Assembly: GCA_964658025.1 (NCBI GenBank)
Contig: CAZZXB010000004.1
Span: forward strand, 1 to 14,726
Reading direction: 5' to 3'
DNA length: 14,726 nt
From: an uncultured Janthinobacterium sp.
Lineage (GTDB): Bacteria; Vulcanimicrobiota; Vulcanimicrobiia; Vulcanimicrobiales; Vulcanimicrobiaceae
The position numbers were made by a program, and so were the translations under genes. The notes beneath the pieces were generated by a model. That model was given only the letters and a program-made list of their open reading frames with translations. It made no database searches and was not told where the DNA came from. This document shows, one piece after another, positions 7,941 to 14,726 of the stretch. The stretch's first letter is position 1; each line of letters starts with the position of its first letter.

Positions 7941-9530
7941 TCACGAATCGAGAAAGAGGCGGCTCTCGCCGTAATCGATCCAGAGATCGAACGCGCTCAA
8001 CACGTCGGCGCCGATGAGGCCGTCGCCGTACGCGTCGTCGAAGGCGGCGTCGATCGTGCGATACGCGGGCATCCGCACGAAGGTGCGATCGCCGAACGAG
8101 AACGCCGAGATCTCGACGTCGGCGAAATCCGCGCTCCCGCCGATGCCGTAGGCGCGCGTCCGTCGCGCGTTGTGAACGTCTTGTTCGGAGGGATCGACGT
8201 CGCGGAGGCAGGTCGGATTCGCCTCCGCGAAGCGCGAGAAGACGATCGTCGACGTGCCGCCCGTATCGACGACGAACCGATCTCCGCTCGCACCGCCGAG
8301 GCTCGCCGTCGCGCGCGGCACGCCGTCGGAGAGATCGACCGCGAGCGAGCGATGCGCCGCCGGGGGCGGTCGGAAGCCCGCGGTCGCGATCGCCGTGACG
8401 CGCCGCTTGGCGTAGTCGACGTGGAACACCGCGCCGGCGAGAAAATCGTAACCGAGCAGGGCGACGACGCGCGTTCCGTCCTCGACTTGGAGCGAGAGCG
8501 GGACGACGGTCACGACGACGTCGTGGAGGACGACGGGTCCGACCGCGAGCGTGGGGACGATCGCCCACGACTTCACGTAGGGACCGATCGAGAAACCGCT
8601 GCGTCGACCGAAGGTGCGGATGCCGAGCGCCTCGATCGCCGCACGGTCGACGATGATCGACGATGCGCCGGTATCGAGTGCCGCGTCGATGCCGAGGCCG
8701 GCGATCGTCGCGCGCACGACGATCTTCCCACCGACGAATCGCGTGGGGAGAACGACCGTGTCGCGACCGCTCGGAAATTCGACGAGTCGCCGTGCGTCGT
8801 CCGGCACGCGCAGGTCCGCGTCGGCGTCGTCGAGCGCGGCGACGTCGCTCCGTTTGTCGAAGTGCATCGCATCGTAGGCGGGATCTCCGCGCACGACGAT
8901 GCGCCACGGGCTCCGCGACGCGCCGAGCGGGCGGTAATCGCTATAATCGACCGTCCGACGCCGACCGTCGACGACGAACTCGCGCCGACGGACGAGATAC
9001 GTCGACGCGTCGACCTCGAGCGTCTGCGCCATGCCGCGCGCGTAGACGACGTCGACGACGTACGCGGGATGCGTTTCGCGCGTCTCGCCGAGCAGTCGGA
9101 CTTCCGCGCCCGCGAGGAATTCCGGCGAGGCGTCGTCCTCGAGCGCGCGCGCGCTCTCGTCGCTCCGCGGATCGCGGCCCGATTCGAGCACGACCTGGCC
9201 GTTGAAGGTCCGTCGCCAGTTCTGACCGCGATACGTTCCGCGTTCGCGGGCGAGCGGGCCGAGCGCGACCGAGGTGCGCTCGTCCTCGCCGTCCGTCGCA
9301 TCGCGTTCGGTCCCCGCGAGATCGTTTTGCGCGACGCTCCACGTTTCGGTCTCGCGCGCGGGTCGGGTGCCCGCGGCCTGGAGCGCGCGCGCGACGACGT
9401 CGCGCACGGTCGTCCGAGTCGGCGCGAGATCTCGAATCTCCGCCGGAGCCGCGGAGGCGCGCGCTCGGAAGGCGCACGCGGCGAAAGCGAGCGTCGCGCA
9501 GGCCGAAAGCCGGAGTGCGCGGATCTCCAT
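7941..9530 (-). CDS. Exported aspartyl protease with two tandem retropepsin-like domains
   Basis: Signal-like N-terminus (ACATLAFAACAFRARA); ALDTGAS...LLGYDFL and VVDTGGT...GLIGADVL; about 250-aa N-terminal domain of unknown function. Confidence 0.85.
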   Translation of the reverse strand: MEIRALRLSACATLAFAACAFRARASAAPAEIRDLAPTRTTVRDVVARALQAAGTRPARETETWSVAQNDLAGTERDATDGEDERTSVALGPLARERGTYRGQNWRRTFNGQVVLESGRDPRSDESARALEDDASPEFLAGAEVRLLGETRETHPAYVVDVVYARGMAQTLEVDASTYLVRRREFVVDGRRRTVDYSDYRPLGASRSPWRIVVRGDPAYDAMHFDKRSDVAALDDADADLRVPDDARRLVEFPSGRDTVVLPTRFVGGKIVVRATIAGLGIDAALDTGASSIIVDRAAIEALGIRTFGRRSGFSIGPYVKSWAIVPTLAVGPVVLHDVVVTVVPLSLQVEDGTRVVALLGYDFLAGAVFHVDYAKRRVTAIATAGFRPPPAAHRSLAVDLSDGVPRATASLGGASGDRFVVDTGGTSTIVFSRFAEANPTCLRDVDPSEQDVHNARRTRAYGIGGSADFADVEISAFSFGDRTFVRMPAYRTIDAAFDDAYGDGLIGADVLSAFDLWIDYGESRLFLDS

Positions 9531-9586
9531 CGTACGTCCGACGCTTCGGAACCGAACGAATCTACCCTTGTACGTTTAGCGGGGTG

Positions 9587-9632
9587 CGCTCGCGCGACCG
9601 TGCGAAGCCGTCGCTGGCGGATCGCGCGAGCG
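9587..9632. repeat. Intergenic inverted repeat / long hairpin between permease and protease
   Basis: CGCTCGCGCGA (9587-9597) and TCGCGCGAGCG (9622-9632), with further inner pairing (CCG/CGG, GCGA/TCGC); no U tract. Confidence 0.55.
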
Positions 9633-9651
9633 GCCGACACCGCCTCGTCGC

Positions 9652-11028
9652 TCACGCGCGGGTGACCGCGCTTTCGGCGAACGGCCACTCGCGCGCGCGC
9701 GCGGCCCGCGCGAAAAACACGATCGCGCCGACCGAGACGCTCGCGATCCCGAACACGATCGCGCCGAGACCGCTTTCCACGAACACGTACGTCCAGCCGA
9801 CGAGCGCGATCGCGAGCGGCACGGGATACGCCCACATCCGATACGGCGCCACGATCCCGCGTCTCCGTAACAGGACGAGCGCGGCGAGCTGCGCGATCGA
9901 TTGGACGAGCACGATGCCGGTGGTGAGCGCGTCGATCACCTGGTCGAGCGGAAAGAAGCAGGCGGGAAGGGCGAGCAGGCCCATCACGACGAGCGCGACG
10001 TCGGGAAAGCGGTGTCGCGCGTTGACGTGCGCGAAGGGCCGTAAGAAGACGCCGTCGAGCGCCGCCGCGAACGGCACGCGCGAGTATCCGAGTAAGTTTC
10101 CGTAGACGGACGCGAACGCGGTCACGAGGACGAGCAACGTCACGACGATCGCCGCCGGCGCGCCGAACGACCGCTCGACGATCGTCGAGGCGACGTGCTG
10201 ACCGAGCGGCGGCAGCGATCCGTCGGCGAGCGGAACGATCGCCTGCCACGGGATCGCGCCGAGCACGCCGAGCTGCATCGTGATGTAGAACGCGGCGACG
10301 ATCCCGATCGAGAGGAAGATCGAACGCGGAATGGTGCGTCGCGGATCGCGTACTTCGCCGCCGATGCAACTCGATTGGTTGTAGCCGAGATAGTCGTACA
10401 TCGCGATGATGAGCGCCTGGCCGAGCCCGGCGAAGAGTCCCGACCAGAACGAATCGTGCGGCACGGTCGTCGCGAGCGTCGGTGAGAAATGCGCGTACGA
10501 TGCGACGATCGTGCAGCCGAGCGCGAGCAGCGACGCGACCGCCATGACGATGCCGACGCGCGCGACCGTCGCGATCCCGCGATAGAGCGCGACGATCGTC
10601 ACGATGCCGACGCCGATCGCGAGCGCCTTCGTCGCCCAGGGCGACGTGCCGAGCCACGGCACGACGTAGCCCGCATAATTCGCGAAGCCGATGTAGCCCG
10701 TCGCCTGATTGAGCGGCGCGACGAAGATCGTCTGCCACACGAATAAGAAGGCGAGGAGCCGCCCGAACCGTTCGCGTCCGAACGCCTCGCGCAGGTAGCC
10801 GTACGTGCCGCCCGAGCCCGGGTAGAGCGAGCCGAGTTCGGCCCAGACGAGGCCGTCGCAGAGCGCGAGCCCGGCGCCGAGGATCCAACCGACGAGCGAG
10901 AGCGGTCCGTGCAGCGCGCCGAGGACGAGTGGGATCGTGATGAGCGGACCGATGCCGATCATCGAGATCAGATTGATCGCGACGGCGCCCGGAAGGCCAA
11001 CGCCGCGCACGAGGTGCTCGCGCGTCAT
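9652..11028 (-). CDS. APC superfamily amino acid permease
   Basis: About 12 hydrophobic segments; TM1 MIGIGP, AELGSLYPGSGGTYGYL, TM6 YDYLGYN...GGEVRDPRRTIPRSI, YSRVPFAAALDG; 458 aa. Confidence 0.93.
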   Translation of the reverse strand: MTREHLVRGVGLPGAVAINLISMIGIGPLITIPLVLGALHGPLSLVGWILGAGLALCDGLVWAELGSLYPGSGGTYGYLREAFGRERFGRLLAFLFVWQTIFVAPLNQATGYIGFANYAGYVVPWLGTSPWATKALAIGVGIVTIVALYRGIATVARVGIVMAVASLLALGCTIVASYAHFSPTLATTVPHDSFWSGLFAGLGQALIIAMYDYLGYNQSSCIGGEVRDPRRTIPRSIFLSIGIVAAFYITMQLGVLGAIPWQAIVPLADGSLPPLGQHVASTIVERSFGAPAAIVVTLLVLVTAFASVYGNLLGYSRVPFAAALDGVFLRPFAHVNARHRFPDVALVVMGLLALPACFFPLDQVIDALTTGIVLVQSIAQLAALVLLRRRGIVAPYRMWAYPVPLAIALVGWTYVFVESGLGAIVFGIASVSVGAIVFFARAARAREWPFAESAVTRA

Positions 11029-11070
11029 CGCGCCTAGCTTGCGACGGACGCGCGCGCTCGGCCTGGACGC

Positions 11071-11109
11071 AGAAAGAAAAGCGGCGGCGCCCCTCGGGCG
11101 TCGCCGCTT
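11071..11109 (-). terminator. Intrinsic terminator downstream of the porin gene
   Basis: Minus strand: AAGCGGCGACGCCC-GAG-GGGCGCCGCCGCTT (one A-C mismatch) running into TTTTCTTTCT; about 20 nt after the stop at 11131. Confidence 0.85.
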
Positions 11110-11130
11110 CGTCCGCGTCCGCGGTGCGAC

Positions 11131-12666
11131 CTACAGGTCGTATTCCGCCTGGAAGCGTTCGTATTGGAACTCGTACGGAAGCGAGGGTTGCTGGCGCGGC
11201 GCGAAGCGCACGCGGACGAACAGTCCCTTGTACGGACCCGATTTGACCTTACTGAAGAAGTAGGTCGCGTCGGCGTTGAATTCCGAGGTGAGGTTGCGCG
11301 AGATCTGATTCGAATAATCGAACCAGCCTTCGGACGCGATGAGCTTGAGCTGTTTGCTCGGCGTCGTATACACGAGCGCCGTCTTGTACGATTCGCCCGC
11401 GCTCCGACGATCGGCCATGCCCTGCGTGATCTGCGTCGTGTAGAGCGGATCGGTCGCGAAGCTGTCGGTGAAGGGCGACGCGATGCCGCCGTACGCGATG
11501 CGGTACTGGCCGTTCGGAAGCAGCTTCGCGGTGCCGGTTCCGCCGCTCGGTGCGAAGTATCCCTTCGTCGCGGCCGCGGCCGAGAGGGCGTTCACGTCGG
11601 CGTAGTGCCACTGCGCGAGGTCGGTGCTCGCCGTGAAGAGCAGGCCCTTCGCGACGTTCGCGCCGAGCTGCGCGCCGATCGTGTGGTTGTCGACGTTTCC
11701 GACCTTGTGCGCGCCGAGCGAGTTCTCGGCGACGTACTGCGCGGCGATATAGGGATTCGCGGCCGAATACGGATCGAGTCCGTACTTGCCTTCCGCGTAC
11801 ACGAGGTTCGTGAGATCGTAGAACTGGTAGTTCTCGGCGAGGATCGACGAACGGGCGGAGGGTTTGATCGTCAGACCGACGCGCATCGTGCCGTTCGTCG
11901 GATTCTGCGTCGTCGTGCCGCTGTTCTGCGGATACGGCGCCGTGAGGTTCGTGTTGTTCGCGAAGTTCGACGAATTGCGCGCTTCGTAACGGATCTCGCG
12001 CGTGAGGCTCGCGGTGAGCCACGACGCGAGCTTCACGTTCGCGTCGGCCGCCTGGTAGGACGAGGGCAGCATGCGCGAATCGGAGTTCGGCATGAACGCA
12101 TAATTGAGGATCTGGTTACCGATCGTGATCTGGTTGTTCTTGTCTTTGTATTGGACGTAGAGTTCTTCGATCGGCTGATCGAGCGCGTAGCCCGGAAGGG
12201 TGTTATCGACGTTGCCGTTCTTGATCGGATTGGGTCCGTTGAATCCGAAGCCCGTGCTACCGCCGTACGTGTAGCCGATGTTGAGCGGCGTATCGCCGAT
12301 GCGATAATCGATATGCGGCGAGAAGCTGAACGCGATCGCATGGCGGTTGGGATTGCCCGCCGGATTCGGATTCGCGAGCGTCGCGGGCGGAGCGTTCTGG
12401 ATACGGTTGAGTCTGCGGAAGTAATATCCGCGGACCTTACCCGAGAACGTGAGATGCCCCGGTAACGGCGTCGGCGTCGGCGCCGGATGCGATTGCGGGC
12501 TCAGCGTATCGGGGAGCGCGAGCGCTTTCTTGACGTCGGGACTCGGAACGGGGTTCGCCGTTCCGGGGATCCCTTGTAACGGTTGGGTTTGTGCGAACGC
12601 ACCGGTCGCGCAGGCGACGGCGAGCATTGCGCCAGGCACGAGCATGCGCACGAGCCGTGAGATCAC
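11131..12666 (-). CDS. Outer-membrane beta-barrel protein, OprD/Occ-like porin
   Basis: Signal peptide ending AFA-Q; Pro-rich linker PAPTPTPLP; amphipathic Tyr/Asn/Gly-rich strands; ITIGNQ...DSRMLPSSYQA resembles the OprD G..Q...sRllPq segment; terminal beta-signal-like ERFQAEYDL. Start set at GTG 12666 with GGAGG at 12676-12672. Confidence 0.75.
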   Translation of the reverse strand: MISRLVRMLVPGAMLAVACATGAFAQTQPLQGIPGTANPVPSPDVKKALALPDTLSPQSHPAPTPTPLPGHLTFSGKVRGYYFRRLNRIQNAPPATLANPNPAGNPNRHAIAFSFSPHIDYRIGDTPLNIGYTYGGSTGFGFNGPNPIKNGNVDNTLPGYALDQPIEELYVQYKDKNNQITIGNQILNYAFMPNSDSRMLPSSYQAADANVKLASWLTASLTREIRYEARNSSNFANNTNLTAPYPQNSGTTTQNPTNGTMRVGLTIKPSARSSILAENYQFYDLTNLVYAEGKYGLDPYSAANPYIAAQYVAENSLGAHKVGNVDNHTIGAQLGANVAKGLLFTASTDLAQWHYADVNALSAAAATKGYFAPSGGTGTAKLLPNGQYRIAYGGIASPFTDSFATDPLYTTQITQGMADRRSAGESYKTALVYTTPSKQLKLIASEGWFDYSNQISRNLTSEFNADATYFFSKVKSGPYKGLFVRVRFAPRQQPSLPYEFQYERFQAEYDL

Positions 12667-12679
12667 GGGAGCCTCCAAG

Positions 12680-12715
12680 GTGTCGCATCACGCACGCAAC
12701 GGGGCGATGCAACAC
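12680..12715 (-). promoter_or_regulatory. 5'-UTR hairpin of the porin mRNA
   Basis: Minus-strand RNA GUGUUGCAUC / GAUGCGACAC (10 bp, one G-U pair), ending 3 nt before the SD. Confidence 0.55.
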
Positions 12716-12720
12716 ACCGA

Positions 12721-12756
12721 TTAAGAGAGTTTAAGGATTCTTAACGTGCCCTTACG
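12721..12756. promoter_or_regulatory. Phased TTAA direct repeats (probable transcription factor site) overlapping a candidate -10 box of the porin
   Basis: TTAAG (12721), TTAAG (12731), TTAAC (12741), TTACG (12752); minus-strand TAAACT at 12733-12728; AT-rich island in GC-rich DNA. Confidence 0.6.
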
Positions 12757-12811
12757 GTTTCGCACGACGAATCGCGCCGAACGGTTCCGCGCTCCCGACG
12801 CGAGCCCTTTA

Positions 12812-13510
12812 TTATTTCTCGACGCGCGTCGCAACGCGTTCGAAGATCGCGAGACGACAGTCGCACGCGCGTTCCACGAGCGCGTTCCCGCTCGAACGTT
12901 CGCGCGACGGAACGCCGACGTATTTCACCACGATCCAACCGCTCGAACCGCGAAGCGGACCCGCGTCGATCCGCACGCGCGTCCGAACGAAGTCGCCGGC
13001 GTTCGCGTCGAAGTTCGCGACGCCCGTGCCGAGCGCGACGAGCGACGTCCCCGTCGCGATCTCGCGCGGGATCGCGCCCGCGGCGAGCGACGGAAAGAAG
13101 TCGGCGGCGCCGCCGAATCCGCCCGCCGCGCGCAATCGCGTTCCGGGCGGGATCTGCGGTGCGAGTCGGTCGATCGGTGCGAACGCGTCGCCTCGCGCGC
13201 CGACGATCCGAACGCGTGCGACGTTCGCGCTCGCGAAGCCGACGACGCGCACGAGCGTGCCGATCGGCGCGTACGCGACGTCGCTCGGACGCGACGCGTC
13301 GGAACCGAAATCGCGCGCGAGCGACGCCGCGCTCTCGGTGAGCGCGGCTTCGGGTTCGTCTGCGTCGAGCCATGGCGCGGCATCGACGCGCGCGAGCGTT
13401 CCGGGCCGCAGCGCGAGCCAAGGCGGTAAGGCCGCGCGCGCGCCGAGCGGAAGCGCGGTCGCGACGAGGCCGACGCACGCCGCGGCGAACGCGAGTTGAG
13501 GGTTGCGCAT
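12812..13510 (-). CDS. Exported hypothetical protein with two SH3-like beta modules
   Basis: ATG 13510 gives a signal peptide MRNPQLAFAAACVGLVATALPLGARA; repeated GT...RVRI modules and a G..GW motif; fills the gap between tRNA and porin. Confidence 0.7.
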   Translation of the reverse strand: MRNPQLAFAAACVGLVATALPLGARAALPPWLALRPGTLARVDAAPWLDADEPEAALTESAASLARDFGSDASRPSDVAYAPIGTLVRVVGFASANVARVRIVGARGDAFAPIDRLAPQIPPGTRLRAAGGFGGAADFFPSLAAGAIPREIATGTSLVALGTGVANFDANAGDFVRTRVRIDAGPLRGSSGWIVVKYVGVPSRERSSGNALVERACDCRLAIFERVATRVEK

Positions 13511-13597
13511 CGATATCGTTGTCGGTCGGCGGCCCCGACGCTTGAGCGGAGGGCGCCCCGTCGCCTTCACGAAAGATGCCGGACGCGATGCATGCGC

Positions 13598-13670
13598 GGG
13601 CGATTAGCTCAGCTGGGAGAGCGGCACCTTTACACGGTGATGGTCGGCGGTTCGATCCCGTCATCGCCCA
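13598..13670 (+). tRNA. tRNA-Val (anticodon TAC)
   Basis: Acceptor stem GGGCGAT/ATCGCCC, D arm GCTC/GAGC, anticodon loop TTTACAC (TAC at 13631-13633), T arm GGCGG-TTCGATC-CCGTC, discriminator A; CCA not encoded. Confidence 0.97.
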
Positions 13671-13745
13671 TCGTATGCGAACCGACGCGCGATCGCCGCG
13701 CTCGCGCCCGACGCTCGCCGGATCCCGTGGCGGGCGATCGCGCTC

Positions 13746-14672
13746 GTGACCCGTCCGCAGTGGAGCGCCGATATCGCGATCGACGCCGCGCTCGCGTCGC
13801 GACTCGTTCTGGCGCAATTCCCCGAGCTTCGGGCCGAACGGATCCGGCCGCTCGGAAGCGGGTGGGACAACGCGGCGTTTCTCGTCGACGAGCGCATCGT
13901 GTTCCGCTTTCCGCGACGGCGCGTGTTCGCGTCGCTCCTCGAACGCGAGATCGCGTTGCTGCCGGGTTTCCCGACGTCGTTACCGCTCGCGATCCCGAGG
14001 CCGACCCGGATCGGCGCGGCGGTCGCCGAGTTCCCGTGGTCGTTCGCGGGTTACGCGGTGCTCCCGGGCCGGACGGCGTGTTCGGGCGAGCCGTCGGATG
14101 CCGAGCGCGCGATGTCGGCGGAGCCGCTCGGCCGCTTTTTGCGAGCGCTGCACGCGATCGATCCGAGCCCGTTCGTCGCGCGCGGGTTGCCGCCGGACGA
14201 GATCGGGCGGCTCGATCCGATCAAGCGGTTACGTTTCGCGCGCGAACGCGTTCCCGCGCTCGACGCGGCGGGCGTCGCGGGCGATCTCGATCGTTATATA
14301 ACGTGGCTCGCCGAGCATCCGCCGCCCGCGATCGCGGACGACGCGCGTCGCATCGTTCACGGCGATCTCTACGCGCGCCACGTCCTGCTCGACGCGCGGT
14401 TCGTACCGACGGGCGTGATCGATTGGGGCGACGTCCACCTCGGCGATCCGGCGCTCGATCTCGCGATCGCGCATCTCGTGTTGCCGGCCGCGTCGCACGC
14501 GCGCTTCCGCGAAGCGTACGGTCCCATCGACGAACGCACGTGGGAGGCGGCGCGCTATCGTGCGATCTACCACGCGATCCTCGAACTCGATTACGGCTTA
14601 CGCGAGAACGACGTCGGCATGCACCGTATCGGAACCGATGCGCTCCGCCTGATCGGAGCATCGCTCGCCTGA
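13746..14672 (+). CDS. APH/choline kinase superfamily phosphotransferase
   Basis: GSGWDN loop, VFRFPR, LEREIALL, LRALH, catalytic HGDLYARH, GVIDWGD, GDPALDLA; 308 aa with GTG start. Confidence 0.9.
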   Translation: MTRPQWSADIAIDAALASRLVLAQFPELRAERIRPLGSGWDNAAFLVDERIVFRFPRRRVFASLLEREIALLPGFPTSLPLAIPRPTRIGAAVAEFPWSFAGYAVLPGRTACSGEPSDAERAMSAEPLGRFLRALHAIDPSPFVARGLPPDEIGRLDPIKRLRFARERVPALDAAGVAGDLDRYITWLAEHPPPAIADDARRIVHGDLYARHVLLDARFVPTGVIDWGDVHLGDPALDLAIAHLVLPAASHARFREAYGPIDERTWEAARYRAIYHAILELDYGLRENDVGMHRIGTDALRLIGASLA

Positions 14673-14726
14673 GGCCCGCGCGCGAGCACGCGATCCGTCC
14701 TGAGCGATCGGCGGTCGGTGCGTCGG

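Noticed and set aside
7916..7950. Imperfect inverted repeat spanning the convergent stop codons of SDR and protease
   Set aside because: No U tract on either strand, and partly explained by the two facing stop codons; too weak to call a terminator.
11131..12666. Lower GC of the porin gene as a sign of horizontal transfer
   Set aside because: Explained by Asn/Tyr/Lys/Thr-rich barrel composition; it keeps host-like GCG/CTC/ACG codons and has no mobility genes nearby.
147..14661. Many long alternative-frame and antisense ORFs (e.g. 8573..10888 -, 5609..7255 -, 4963..6591 +, 8172..9665 +, 11164..12465 +)
   Set aside because: Arg/Ala-rich, motif-free shadows of real genes, as expected when stop codons are rare in high-GC DNA.
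13598..14726. tRNA-Val as an integration site for an island carrying the phosphotransferase
   Set aside because: No integrase, no duplicated tRNA 3' end in the window, and no composition shift.

Overview
High-GC (roughly 70% by eye), strongly CpG/CGATCG-rich chromosomal segment from a diderm bacterium. Composition and gene style suggest Ca. Eremiobacterota/Vulcanimicrobiota, but this is an inference. Plus strand: LigB/DODA-type dioxygenase, GNAT acetyltransferase, exported M3 oligopeptidase, AfsR/SARP-like wHTH-BTAD-STAND-TPR regulator, SDR oxidoreductase. Minus strand: exported SH3-like repeat protein, OprD-like porin, APC amino-acid permease, exported two-domain retropepsin-like aspartyl protease. 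The window ends with tRNA-Val(TAC) and an APH/Mph-like phosphotransferase. No mobile element or CRISPR array is visible. The strongest hidden signal is a candidate ribosome-dependent transcription attenuator at 924-1122 (promoter, 27-aa uORF, alternative helices, intrinsic terminator) directly upstream of the GNAT gene. Also notable are a structured porin promoter region (phased TTAA boxes, 5' hairpin) and a possible porin-permease-protease nutrient-scavenging module.
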